From Lytechinus pictus (taxonomy: Eukaryota): a stretch of DNA of 64,000 nt. The DNA lies in the NCBI RefSeq assembly GCF_037042905.1, contig NC_087246.1:1490001-1554000 (forward strand), given 5' to 3'. The position numbers and the translations under genes are program-made. A model generated the notes under the pieces. It was not told where the DNA came from, ran no database searches, and saw nothing but the letters and a program-made list of their open reading frames with translations. This document shows positions 12,301 to 24,380 of this stretch, in pieces; the first letter of the stretch is position 1, and each line of letters begins with the position of its first letter.

Positions 12301-15300
12301 CAAGAGGGGTAGAGTGGCAACCAACTGCAATAAAGCTCCTAAAAGGTAAAGGTCCTATTGCAGAACGATAAGGTTGATAATTTGAACTTATGAAGTATTT
12401 GATCAGGTAAATCTTAATTTCTTTGCATTTTTAAGAATTAATTCATTTTGTCTGCAAAAAAATACTATTTTTTGCTTGGGGTTAATTTTTCAGCTTGACT
12501 TCATTCCTAATTATTTTGATTGAACCCAAAAAAATTTTGATGACCTGTATTTGGAAGGAACAGAATTGGTTGTAGCTCTATAGATGCACCTGGGATATAT
12601 GGTTGTTTTTCTCTCCCCCCCCCTTTTTTTCAGAAAGAAACACTACCCCCCCCAAAAAAAAAAAAAAAAAAAAATGTATGTTTTATGTATTCATGATTTC
12701 ATCTCATTCGATCTGCTCTATTTCTCTTATTCAGTTCACAGTTGGTCATTCTTTCACAAATCTCAAAACAGACATTAGCCAAGGTAAGTGATGACATTTA
12801 AAGAACACTAATGAATTTTATTTTATTTTTCTTATTCGTTCACTTGTAAACCTGCGATTAATGATTAAAAGGGCAAGTCTATATTAACCTTTCAAAATGA
12901 ACGTTGTTAGATGTTATGAAAATGGCATTTCTTGTTTTTTGTTCTATAATATTCTCAGTGGATGTGGATATGCTCTACTTACATACTAGATTATAAATAT
13001 ATTTAGGGAGAAACATGTCTCAGTACATGTAAACACATTCACACTCTTGTGTAGAGTGCAGTGCCAGTTAAATGCCAGTCATTGTATGATTTATTTGTTG
13101 TTGACGTTTTTTTTTTTTGGGGGGGGGCAGGAGTGGATAAATGATGATGATGATAAAGGCATGATATAATAACAGCACATAACAATTGTCTGCATAAACT
13201 TGCACAGCACAAAAGTACATAGCTTGTAAAACATTGTTTGCACACAAGGTGTTTATTGAATTATACATTGTAATTAATATGACTGCATAATTGATGACCC
13301 ATGTTAGGTGTGTCTCCAGATTGAAGACATAGTGTTTTCTATTTCTCCTTTAGAGTTCTCAGATTCTTGTTGATTCTCGTATCAAGATTCATCGCTGTCA
13401 CTATGCATTCATTTATCTGCTTTCTCCAGTCAGGTTGGTGTTTATTTTCTTTATTTACTGCAAATTATGATTTTGTATAATCTATGGTATTATCATGCAG
13501 CAAAATGATTCTGGATACTTGTATTTATTTAATAGCAACTTTGGTTACTCAGAAATAGATTTTCATCAGGTTATGTGTATTTTTAATTGAAAACTTATTG
13601 TAAATGTTAGCATCCAAAATATCAGAGAGGAATTTCTTGCTCTTTGTTTGTTAATATTTAGTTTATCTGAAAACATTGTGTTAAGAATGAATGTATTTTG
13701 TTATATATTAAATACATGTAATTGTCCTGCATTGTAAGGCGTTCAGCTAAAATAAAAAAAGCCCGGGGACTGAGAGTAAATATCCTGAATATTTTAAGTA
13801 AAATAATTTGAATATACCCCCCTCCTTTCTCCCCTCCCCCCAAGAACTATTGGTTAAGTAAAATAAATGGAATGAATAGCCAGATGGTAAATATGGCAGG
13901 TACAACAAAGATGTTTTTTTCTTCTGATTTAATGTTTATTTCCTTTGATAGAGCTGTTAGCATAGAGAAATGTCGTCATACAACGGTTGTTATCGGTGCA
14001 GTTGAAACCACTCTACACCTTGTAGGATGTGAACATGTTACTGTCATAGCAGCAGCAGGGAGATTCTCAGTCAGGTATTTATTAGGACTATATGATATGT
14101 ATATTATATTATATTGGATGGTTTAAATACCAGAAATATTTCTCAAGTTAGGGAGTTTTGCCTGAATAATAGAATAGTGCACTGATGTCCCTAATGAGTA
14201 GAATTTTTATGGTATCTTGTGTAAGAAAGCCATTCAATGTAATTGTTTTATCTTTAGTGATTGTTTGTTACTTAGCCAGTGCAATACAGTATGTTATTGC
14301 ACATCAAATTTTGTACATAAGCCTGTAGGGAATTCATTAGATTTTGGCACTTTGTCCAATATGCTCTGATAATCATGCAGATTTAATTACATGTTATTGA
14401 ATCTGTTGTGGAATAGGGATGCGAGGTCAATACTACTTTCATCACTTCTTTTCCTTTAAGAAGCTTTCATGTACATGACTTTTGTGATTTTATTGAGAAC
14501 TTTTCAAGATGAAAATTCAAATCTTGTCCAATGTATGCTAATAGGAAGACCCCATCATGAAACCTCATTCTCATTTACTTACAGTGGTTCAACATTATGC
14601 ACTCTTCACATGTTAACTCCAACCAGACCCTTACTCCTAGGAGGTAACGATAGTATTACTCTAGCTCCATATCACACTCACTATGCTATGTTACATCAAC
14701 ATATGACTGCTGTAGGATTAGCAGAGAAACCAAACCAATGGAACAATCCAATTTGTGTTGGTAAGTGGAATAGTATTCAAGAAGATTCTGTATCTGCAGG
14801 CTTTGATGTGATAGATTGAAAGAATTTAATAGATTAAGCTTGTAGTTTTTGCGCATACTGGTAAATGCTCCTATAATATTGCCCCTTCTATTAAATAGTA
14901 TTGGCATCATACTACTGTCCTTCCCGTACTCTTAGATCAAGCTCAAAAGCATTAATCATTGTTCCTTCTATCTCGACTAAGTCATACGGTGAATGTTCTT
15001 TTTCACATGCCTCTGCTACTTTGTGGAATGCACTTCCTGATTCCATGAGATACTTAAGTAACTTTAAGATCAGTTCAAAGTTTCTCTTGAGAGATCCTGA
15101 TTTAGCACTAATTGCCAGTGAACTCGATGTCCAATATTGAATTATACATACCTGTACCTTCTTGTTTCTAACCTATTTTTTGTCTAGCCTGCATAACAGA
15201 GCAAGACTTTATTATGTAGGTATTCATTGAATATATTTGATATAATTTTAATATGGTTCAATTTCATGTATACAGTATGTACACCAGGATGGAAATCTTT

Positions 15301-17222
15301 TCTTTTTGTATTTTTGTGAGAAGACAATTAATTCTCTATGTTATTCTTGTTTACTTTTTTATTTGAAGGCCCTGATCACACTGATGAAAATCCTGTTCAC
15401 AAGACTATGTCACCTAAAGAATTCTTCACATTTGTCATTCCATTTGATATGGATGGAATAACTGCAGTAAGTTAAAACATCACTCTCCTTAATATTGTGT
15501 TCATATAGTATATCCCCCTGCCTAAAAACTAACAATGATAAAAAGTAATAATGATAAAATGAATTGAAAAAAATAAGACTTAAAATAAAATTAATTAATT
15601 GAAAAAATTATGTGAACAGAAATGACATAGAATCTCAAATCAATCATTCTGATGATCACTAACACAGAAAGGCATATGTGGGACAATGTATTAATGTTGC
15701 TCGAAAAATACAGGACATTTGATGAAATTCCGTGCTTATTTTGCTCATTTCTCAGCAATTACGCCTTTTCTTCCAGAGTCATTTGGCCCATATTTTTTAT
15801 TTATACATCCATGTACAAACACTTTGGTGGTAATTTCATTGGATTCTGTTCGAACTTATTTTGAGATCGTTACCACAACTGGTATTTATCTTTGAGCACA
15901 CATATTTTTTGGTGTTATTCAAATGTGATTACTTTTCCTATTTTACAGGAGATTCCTGGTGGTCTTCCATCGAGGTATGAACGTGCTTTAGTGGACCGAG
16001 AAGGTCAGATTAACAATTGGCAACAAGCGGTCAAAGATGCTGGACTCAATACTGACCAGAAGAAACAATTCCAAGCTCTTGTGGAAAACAAGTTTCAGGT
16101 AAAGTTACATTCTATACTTTCAGTTGATTAATATTAAAATATGGCATCCTAACTCCCTTATTTGCATACAGCCTTTTTTAGTGAAATTTTAAAGCAAAAC
16201 TTATAGCTCTGCAATTATACATTCAATCTTTTGCTATTATTCATGTTTGATATTCCTCTTTTTATTCAAATCAATTTGTTATTGGGTGAACTTAAAACGT
16301 CTTTATTCTTGTTTTTGTCTCGTCGGCATAGCAGAGCGAGACGGTAGGCTCCGCTTTTCCGACGGCGGCGGCATCGGCATCATTGAAATCTTAATGAAGT
16401 TTAAGTTTTGAAATGTCATAACTTAAAAAGTATATGGACCTAGTTCATGAAACTTGGACATAAGGGTAATCAAGTATTACTGAACATCCTTCTTGAGTTT
16501 CAGGTCACATGACCAAGGTCAAAGGTCATTTAGGGTCAATGAACTTAGACCATGTTGGGGGAATCAATATCGAAATCTTAACCAAGGTTAAGTATTTGAA
16601 ATGTTGTCATAACTTAAAAAGTATATGAACCTTGTGTATCACTGAATAATCCTGCCCGAGTTTCAGGTCACTTAGGGTCAACAAACTTTGGCCATGTTGG
16701 AGGTATTTGTGGAATTGTCATCATAACTTAAAATAAAAAGTTTATGGTTCTAGTTCATGAAACTTGGACATAAGAGCAACCATGTAACTTAACGAACAGC
16801 TTTATGAAAAACCCATCAAGCCTTTATTTGGAAAGTATAGAGGGAATTATTCATCCTCTGTTGTACTGGAAAAATAGTAATGCCAGTCCAATCTCGGATG
16901 AATAATTCCTGTTATACTTACTCAAAGCCTGGTATATTTGTATACTATTCTCCCCATACATCTCTCTTCTGTACCACGATATATGATAGTTCATTGGTAG
17001 ATCAGGAAAATTTGACACAAACAAGTAAAATTGATCTATTAGCAATTGATCTCAACTTTTAGTATATGGTTTGTTATAGACATAGCGTTATGGTTGATAT
17101 TTCTTATCCATGCAGTTCTTTTTCTTTTTCCATTCTCTCCCAAACAGATATGGTTGGCAGAAACTGGGCACAAGAGGGAGCTAGATGGCTTAGTTCCCAG
17201 TGGTGGCTCTCCTACAAAATAG
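6374..17222 (+). CDS. TBCCD1: TBCC domain-containing protein 1, 16 coding exons, 549 aa
   Basis: Exons: 6374-6466, 6889-7013, 7990-8081, 8359-8467, 8870-8936, 9675-9844, 10353-10419, 11549-11666, 12288-12345, 12735-12783, 13354-13433, 13952-14074, 14585-14760, 15369-15466, 15949-16098, 17148-17222. All introns are GT-AG with consistent phases; 1650 nt total. Translation (MSEASVSLWLKYDTFNIGILPVSPHPKLSLHYLKKIALY..GYPRLAYSTWKHIACNKL..DTLQFLLYLYLQQLHKISLRSSL..KIHRCHYAFIYLLSPVRAVSIEKC..LTPTRPLLLGGN..LAPYHTHY..EIPGGLPSRY..QFQALVENKFQIWLAETGHKRELDGLVP) is colinear with vertebrate TBCCD1 as recalled. Confidence 0.95.
7039..7492 (+). mobile_element. Truncated Helentron-associated (HINE/DINE-1-like) element
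   Basis: TTTTTATAC start, GTCCGTCTGTCTGTCC microsatellite, then about three ~150-bp tandem units rich in AGGTCA. Confidence 0.6.
8468..8869 (+). other. U12-type (minor spliceosome) GT-AG intron in TBCCD1
   Basis: 5' splice site GTATCCTTT at 8468. Branch point CCTTAAC at 8849-8855, just upstream of the AG at 8868-8869, with no polypyrimidine tract. Splicing restores G-E-E-W-P-S. Confidence 0.9.
10522..11321. mobile_element. MITE with 19-bp TIRs and 6-bp TSD (hAT-like)
   Basis: TAGGGACAGTGATTTTCCG / CGGAAAATCACTGTCCCTA; AACATT on both flanks; subterminal AAACGGAA repeats. Confidence 0.8.
11870..12255. repeat. Degenerate (GAT/GGT)n trinucleotide microsatellite in a TBCCD1 intron
   Basis: Visible directly; gives the Met/Val-rich spurious ORF 11853-12263. 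Confidence 0.95.
14890..15100 (+). mobile_element. L2/CR1-type LINE ORF2 C-terminal fragment
   Basis: YCPSRTLRSSSKALIIVPSISTKSYGECSFSHASATLWNALP fits the R.LRS...G.RSF...A..LWN.LP tail of L2/CR1 reverse transcriptases. Confidence 0.7.
16312..16785 (+). mobile_element. Partial (5' part) HINE-like element, same family as 21015-22203
   Basis: TTTTTGTCTCG..GCATAGCAGAGCGAGAC..GCTTTTCCGACGGCGGCGG head and the same tandem units. Confidence 0.75.
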
Positions 17223-18456
17223 GTGTACTTCTATGTTTCTTTCTCTACCGTCCAGTTGTACTTATTGTCGTATCTTATTTATGAAAACCTTGAAATCTTT
17301 ACTGCAATATCTGTGTGTGTGTTTTTTTATGAACAGTAGCTGTTGTAAAATCTTAGGAATTCAACTTTTTTTGTGTGTGTGTGTTTGGTGGTTATTTTAT
17401 CTTTTATTTAATGCTCTGCAACTCTGATAAAACTTGCAATTTCTAGAATATTTGTGATCCTTTTTTACAGAACAATGAGTATATAGACACTGATCATCTG
17501 GGGTTAGGAGTAAATGAAATTGAATAGTTGTAAATCAAAGAGGACGAAAATAATTATGGAGCCAAATCAGTTCTTTACACCTCTCATATAGGTTACATGT
17601 TACAAAAGATTCTAGATCATTCCCTCATCTCATTACTTGTTTCTTGCATGAAACAACTTAAATTGAGCCACATAAAATATTCAATACTAAAAACTCTTGT
17701 GTTAACACTGACACTAATTTAGATTGGCAGAGATGTAATAAATGCGCTTAGTTCAATTAAAAATACAGCTCATGGTATTGACATGATACAGCTATAAATG
17801 TACCCTGTTCAAATATTCTTTCATGACTATAATTGTTTTGAAAAGCAACTTGAATTTATAACATCACAAATGTATATAATGGATGTATACAATATTTGTT
17901 TTTTTCTTACTTTCGGCCGGTAAATTGAAAATGAATGCCTATACCATTTTACAAATTATTTGAATACCTATTCTTTCCTCTCTTCTCCATGGCAGAGAAG
18001 TAAATATGATGGCATTCAATCTTCCTTTCTCTTTTTTTTTCTTTCCTTCCTATATTTTTGTTTACTATTATCAATAGAAAAAAGTCACCAAACAAATATT
18101 GAAAATTGGTCCCAAAACAATATATCTCTGTTTGTGTGGGGTTTTTTTTTTCACAGACCAAAAAAAAAAGAGTCAAATGAAGAATCAACATTAAACATCA
18201 AAACAGATTTATCCGGTCCCCTTAACCAGCTGATATATATAAATTATGAATCATAACCAAAACACACATATGTATATATTATGAATCTGAGAATGCATAA
18301 AAGGGAAGTCATGAAAGAAAAAAAACGGACTATGTAATATGTCTACACTCACATATTCAATAGTGAAAACCAAAATAACACTAAATGCATAGATGGTTAA
18401 ATACACCAACAATAAAACATTGAAACATGCAAGGTTAAAGAAATAATGCTTATGGT

Positions 18457-18713
18457 CAGTGGCGTACCTAGGATTTTCCACAGGGGGGGCAAAACCGTCC
18501 GCCAAAAAATTTGACAAGCAAAAAAAAAAAAAAAAAAAAAAGGGTCTTCAAGCTCGTCAGGGGGGGCAATAAAGGTCTTCAAGCTCGTCAGGGGGGGGCA
18601 AAAAAGGTCTTTCAAGCTCGTCAGGGGGGCAGGGATACGTCCTTTGCATGGGTTGTGGCTCGTCAGGGGGGGCAGTCTGCCCCCCCCCCCCCCCCCCCGT
18701 AGGTACGCTAGTG
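18457..18713. mobile_element. hAT MITE, 8-bp TSD
   Basis: TSD CTTATGGT at 18449-18456 and 18714-18721. Ends CAGTGGCGTACCTA / TAGGTACGCTAGTG. Internal tandem CAAGCTCGTCAGGGGGG units. Confidence 0.85.
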
Positions 18714-19209
18714 CTTATGGTTCATTATCACGCACACAGTCAATGTCTGTCAATGTTGAGCTGAGTTTTCTTTCTGGTGTGCTGTTAAATGTTTTAAGTA
18801 CAATCTGGGTGACGTTGTCCCTTAGGTATGATCTGCGTACGACTTCTGCTTCTGCTTTGCGATGGCATCCTTCGCTTTTGCTTGATATGTAGATGGATCG
18901 CTAATAGTAGGTGGGTCATCGCGACTGGGGTTGTTGACATTGCTGGTATGCGGGAGACGCGTAATCGGATCACGACAGACGATACGGACTGACTCCTGCA
19001 GATGTGTGTGTGATATTGACGAAGAAATTTGAACATTTTCTGCTTCCATTTTTTTCACTCAAGATTATTGGCTTGTTGGCCAATGTAGCATTATACATTA
19101 ATTAATGAACCCACATTGCGAGGCGTATTGTGTGAACTGAGCTGAATTAAATGGACTTCCGTTGTCAGACTTCAAGATCTTCTCAAACCCCAAAACTGAG
19201 AGAACCTTG

Positions 19210-20677
19210 CACTGGCGTAAATCCCGGGGGGGATGGGGGGGATATATCCCCCCCACTTTTCGAGGAGGGGGGATGGCCTGTACAAACATCCCCCCCATTT
19301 TTTACGAAAGAAATGAAAAAAAAATCACAAGAGATAATTGTTTTATTGATGAAAATTCTTCCTAAAATACCGCCTAACAAATAAAACAATATTATTAAAT
19401 CATAAAATGCAAATAAAGAGCCATTTCACCATTTCCAAACGAAATACTTATGTCCTTATTATAACATTGAAGAGAAACCCCTGTTTCTTCCAATTCATCA
19501 ATGTTGGGGTCTTTGGGAAGGGATAAAGATGGAATGTCAATTTTTTTTTAATGTAATCTCTAATAAAACCATTAAACCATCATGGGGTAAAAAAGATAAT
19601 AATATTGGAGGGGTATTTGCCATATGGACATACAGTGGCGTAACTACGGGGGGCATGGGGGCACATCCCCCCCCCATCGGCTGACAAAAAAAAACGGGGA
19701 AAGGGGGAAAGGAGAAAAAAGGGAGAAAGAAAGAGAAACGTAGTGGGAAAGAAGAAAATATTATTCATTATAATGTTATATTATATTATAATTATGTTAT
19801 GTTACATTACAACTTTATGAAACATAATTTGCCCAGGGCCTACGTCTTATTTTATTGTTCCTGGTGCTCGCATTGTCTGTTTAACGAGATATATAATCCT
19901 GTAACATCCCGTTTTCAAGTCAATATAAACCAAATATATTTCCTAGCACTTGAGTTATCATTGTTTTATGTAGTGACATATGCTTCTTTTTCATGACTCC
20001 AAAGTGATTGCCCCATGTTAAGGTCTTCGTATATATGAAACATTTCCTGTCCGTGATTACGTTCGCATTAATGGATTGGTGAGATATGTCTGCTCTTCAT
20101 GAATTCCTAAAATCAGTCCTTAAAATGTCCCTTCTTCTGATCTAAATATAAAAAATTTTCAGCTCGCGCTTCGCGCTCGCATCGTTTGGTTAATGAAATA
20201 CGTATGGTCCTAGTTAATTCCTACAAAGAAACCTTAGAATGCCCCACTTCAGGTCTGAATTAAGTTTTCAGCTCGCGCTTCGTGCTCGCATTGTTTAGCG
20301 AGACAGGTACCTATCATGATTACACAAATTGATTATATTGTCCCTTTTTAGGTGTGAATATAAAAAAATGTCAGCTCGCGCTACGCGCTCGCATTATTTG
20401 ATCAGTGAGATACATATCCGTTTAATGACATTGTCTTTAAAATGTCTCTATTAGGTCAGTATAACTGGCAACTGGCAACAGCTCACTAGCGCACTCACTT
20501 AGTGATTCAAAAATTTTGCTGGTGCCCCCCCCCCCCCCTCCCCAATGCTGTGACCCATGGTACGCCACTGTGGACATATCAATGACAATTCCCTGCATAT
20601 CTAAAAACATGATTGCAAAAAAATGCCAAAATATTTCAGTCATCCCCCCCACCCATCAACACGGATTTACGCCAGTG
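19210..20677. mobile_element. hAT MITE inserted in the Gypsy integrase
   Basis: Perfect 15-bp TIR CACTGGCGTAAATCC / GGATTTACGCCAGTG; TSD GAACCTTG at 19202-19209 and 20678-20685. Confidence 0.9.
19633..20570. mobile_element. hAT MITE nested inside 19210-20677
   Basis: TIR CAGTGGCGTA / TACGCCACTG; TSD TGGACATA at 19625-19632 and 20571-20578; internal CAGCTCGCGCTTCGCGCTCGCAT motifs. Confidence 0.9.
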
Positions 20678-21014
20678 GAACCTTGTAGAGCACGGGCAAG
20701 ACTGGCTGCAGAAACTGAGCTAACCACTTCCACCACCGGATAATGCAAAAATTCGTCGATCAAGACAAACAGGTAATCTCCTAACGGCAGTGGACCACAG
20801 AAATCCATGCTAACGTGCTGCCATTGACCGGGTGGCATGGCAGACATAACCCAGGAAGCCAAAAATCAATTACCATTATATTATGTTTGTTATTTGATAA
20901 AAAATGTATTATATATGAATGTTATGAATGCAGAAAAAGCAATCAAATTAATTGAAATAAAATTAAATAATGAATGATTGTGATACAATTACTAACAATA
21001 ATAAGTAGGGGTTG

Positions 21015-22203
21015 TTTTATTGTCTCGCCTGCATAGCAGAGCGAGACTATAGGCGCCGCTTTTCCGACGGCGACGGCGGCGGCGTCAACATCAAATCTTA
21101 ACCTAAGGTTAAGTTTTTGAAATGACATCATAACTTAGAAAGTCTATGGACCTAGTTCATGAAACTTAGACATAAGGTTAATCAAGTATTACTGAACATC
21201 CTGCCTGAGTTTCAGGTCACATGACCAAGGTCAAAGGTCATTTAGGGTCAATGAACTTTGACCATGTTGGGAAAATTATTTTCAAAATCTTAACCGAAGG
21301 TTAAGCTTTTGAAATGACATCATAACTTTGAAAGTATATGGACCTAGTTCATGAAACTTGGACATAAGGTTAATCAAGTAAAAGTGAACATCCTGCTTGA
21401 GTTTCAGGTCACGTGACCAAGGTCAGAGGTCATTTAGGGTCAATGAACTTTGGTCAAGTTGGGGGTATTTGTTGAATTACCATCATAACTTTGAAAATTT
21501 ATGGATCTAGTTCATGAAACTTGGACATTAGGTTAATTAAGTACCACTGAATATCCTGTGCGAGTTCCAGGTCACATGACCATGATCAATGGTCATTTAA
21601 GGTCAATGAACTTTGGCCGTGTTGGGGGTATTTGTTAAATTACCATCCTAACTCTGAAAGTTTACAGATCTAGTTCATAAAACTTGGACAAAAGAGTAAT
21701 CAAGTATCACTGAACATCCTGTACGAGTTTCAGGTCACATGACCATGGTCAAAGGTCATTAAAGGTCAATGAACTTTGGCCGTGTTGGGGGTATTTGTTG
21801 AATTACCATCTTAACTCTGAAAGTTTATGGATCTAGTTCATAAAACTTGGGATATAAGAGTAATTATCAAGTATCACTGAACATCCCTTGTGAGTTTCAG
21901 GGCACAAAACCAAGGTCAAAGGTCAGTTAAAGTCAATAAACTTAGGCAATGTTGGGGTAATTGTTGAATTGCCATCATAACTTTGAAAGTTTATAGATAG
22001 AGTGAATGAATGTGGACATGGGTGTAGTTGACAAGTCTTAAGTCACCGTTCAAATGTCATTTATGGTCAATGAACATGGTATTATGTCATTATATGAATG
22101 GTGTTTTTGTGAATGATTATTTTATAGTAGTTTTCAAAGTTAGCACTGCTGCTATATTAAATCGCGTAATGCAGGCGAGACTGCCAGAGGCGTTCCACTT
22201 GTT
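21015..22203 (+). mobile_element. Full-length HINE-like (Helentron-associated) element with an internal ~163-bp tandem array
   Basis: Subterminal IRs GTCTCGCCTGCAT (21022-21034) / ATGCAGGCGAGAC (22169-22181). Starts in a T-run, ends CACTTGTT, no TSD. About six units start at approximately 21126, 21318, 21481, 21644, 21807 and 21973. Confidence 0.75.
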
Positions 22204-22362
22204 AATTTATTTATTTATTTTTTTTTTTTAACCAAGACACAAAGAAGGAAACATTACTGGATGTCTTTTAACTTTATACCACTGTTTCTCTGACAAACAC
22301 ATATGAGGCACTGTCGCTCCCCCCCATAAAAAATGAACTCAATATTAGCTAAAACTGTGTAC

Positions 22363-22535
22363 CTTTCTTTCATCACATGAAGTGCGAAACATTCACTTTT
22401 TCCAAAACCTGTGGGGTGAATTCCCAGGATATGCTGTTTCTTTCCTTGACAACTTAGAGCGAGGATCTTCCTTTGCTCATCCCTTAATTTGAATGTCAGC
22501 AACTCCTTTTCTATTTCATCTATTACCTTCTCCAT
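22363..22535 (-). pseudogene. Orphan first exon of a RecQ-like SF2 helicase (probably transposon-borne)
   Basis: MEKVIDEIEKELLTFKLRDEQRKILALSCQGKKQHILGIHPTGFGKSECFALHVMKE contains a Q-motif-like LRxxQ and Walker A PTGFGKS. Donor AAG|gtacac follows; no further exons found. Confidence 0.65.
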
Positions 22536-22714
22536 CTTGATCACGTGTGGGGATTTCGGCACGTGTATTTGTTTGTAAACACAGACCGGCATGACTCATA
22601 TTGTTCATGAATATTCATAGACTTGGCCAAATTTGCGCATGCGCCCTATGTCCTAGCCTCGGTATCGATCGGCCATTTTGTTTTCAAAATCTGTGAATAT
22701 CTCTATAAACTCGT

Positions 22715-23050
22715 GGATCATAGTATGCTATGACGGCATTGTCTGACAATCTCGACTTGAGCTCCTGGAACGCTTCCCTCTGCTCTGCTCACCATGTCCA
22801 TCCTGCGTCTTTCATGGTGAGACCACGGAGAGGCTCACTTTGCGCTGTAAAATTGTTGATGAACTTGGCACTGTAAGTCATCATGCCAAGGAAACTGCGC
22901 ACCTGTGAGGCGTTTGTTGGTGGCTCAGCAATGCGGACAGCTTTGACTTTCTTGGGGTCAGTTGAGACTCCCTGAGATGAGAAGATGAGACCAAAGAACT
23001 AGATCTGCTTGACACTGAACTCGCACTTTTCCCAGTTGTTTTTGTGTGAT
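22715..23050 (-). pseudogene. Ty3/Gypsy RT C-terminus/connection fragment
   Basis: NWEKCEFSVKQI*FFGLIFSSQGVSTDPKKVKAVRIAEPPTNASQVRSFLGMMTYSAKFINNF..SEPLRGLT..W..EQREAFQELKSRL..AYYDP. Confidence 0.85.
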
Positions 23051-23099
23051 CGCAGGAGGCAGTTGAAACACATCCTCGCCTCTTGTGCCAGCTTGAATC

Positions 23100-24360
23100 T
23101 GTCTTCGTAGGGCGTTTGCTTGAAGACCTTGCAAGCACTCAGCCTATCCTGTCCCGGCGTCTGCTGTTTTTGGCTTTTACCTTGCGTTGTCAGGGTGGTG
23201 CCATTTCTCTTGGGTTGCGTCTTCGAAGATTGCGTTTTCTCCTTCGTGGAGGACCGCCCAACGTTTTAGCCAAACATATTGTTGGCCAGCTTAGCGGCCT
23301 TCTCCACGAAGGTTGTCATTACTTTGAACGTCGGGACTGCGTTGTTTTCCATTAACCTGTGTGCTTGCTTGGCCCACCCTGACTGGAGATGGATGGGCAG
23401 AAGCTGCTGTATCTTGAGTAAGTTATCTGAGTTATTAACGTTTGCCATATAACCCATTTGACTTAGAACCATCTGACATCTTTGCATGTCTCTAGCCAAT
23501 GACCACAGCCAAGCCCCATGACTTTATTTGGGGGCGATTTAGGATTTTCTTTAGATGGTCCTGGGCTACCACGTAAGGTTGTCCAAACTGTTCCCTAAGT
23601 ATTCTTTTGGCTTCTAGGTACCCAAGGTCCCCACCCATTAGAACACAATTCTCAATACTACTTGCTACCCCTGAGCAGTATTGAATAAGATACATCAACC
23701 TTGTCCCATTATCTGCAATCTTTCCCTCTATATTGATTTCAAAGTTGTTAATGAATGACTGGTAATCTATTGGTTTACCATCAAATATCATCAGATCAGG
23801 TTTTGGGAGATTTACAGAAAGATTCAGGGCCTGAAAGAGCTTAGGTAAATCTATTCCCTGTGTTATGTTTGATTGGTCTGCCATACTGGGGCATTAGGGT
23901 TCAGATTAGACAGACCTTTGTTATCTTTAGCTACACTTTCAGTTGGTCACTCCTCCTTTTTTGGTTCCTTATTTACATGATATGGTACATGTACATGAAT
24001 CATATCATTGACATCATTGTCATTTCTTACCTTTAACTCAACTTCACTATCAATATCTTCTAAGAGCTGAGCTTCTACCTCAGTGTTTTCAATTTCATTT
24101 TCTATTTCCAAAGCGTCCAACTGTTCTGCTCCTGCTTAACTTCCTGAGCTCTCTTTAATTGTTCTAACTTGAGCTTGGCGAGAAGCGCTTTCACCCTGAC
24201 ATCCCTAAGCTGCGAAGAAGATGAACTCAAGCCGCTTGCCCTACTGGAACCTACTGATGCGACGAAGATATTAACATTGCCCATACCCATCCTGACTGGC
24301 ATCAGAGAAATGGTGAACTTCTACTTACTTGACCTTGCCGAACCCACTTGGTTTATAGCA
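23100..24360 (-). pseudogene. BEL/Pao LTR retrotransposon gag fragment
   Basis: LPKPDLMIFDGKPIDYQSFINNFE..RLMYLIQYCSG..GYLEAKRILREQFGQPYVVA..LLKIQQLLPIHLQSGW..FVEKAAKLANNMFG; frameshifted. Confidence 0.85.
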
Positions 24361-24380
24361 TCTCTTGACTTGGAGGTTAC

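Larger units (their letters stand above)
18735..20862 (-). pseudogene. Degenerate Ty3/Gypsy integrase, split by nested MITEs
   Basis: PPGQWQHVSMDFCGPLPLGDYLFVLIDEF..YPVVEVV (20862-20678) continues as KVLSVLGFEKILKSDNGSPFNSAQFTQYA (19209-19100) and KFLRQYH..AKDAIAKQKQKSYAD. Frameshifts and stops present. Confidence 0.85.

Noticed and set aside
21126..22080. Regularly spaced repeats suggestive of a CRISPR array
   Set aside because: Whole ~163-bp units repeat with no unique spacers, there are no cas genes, and the context is a eukaryotic TE.
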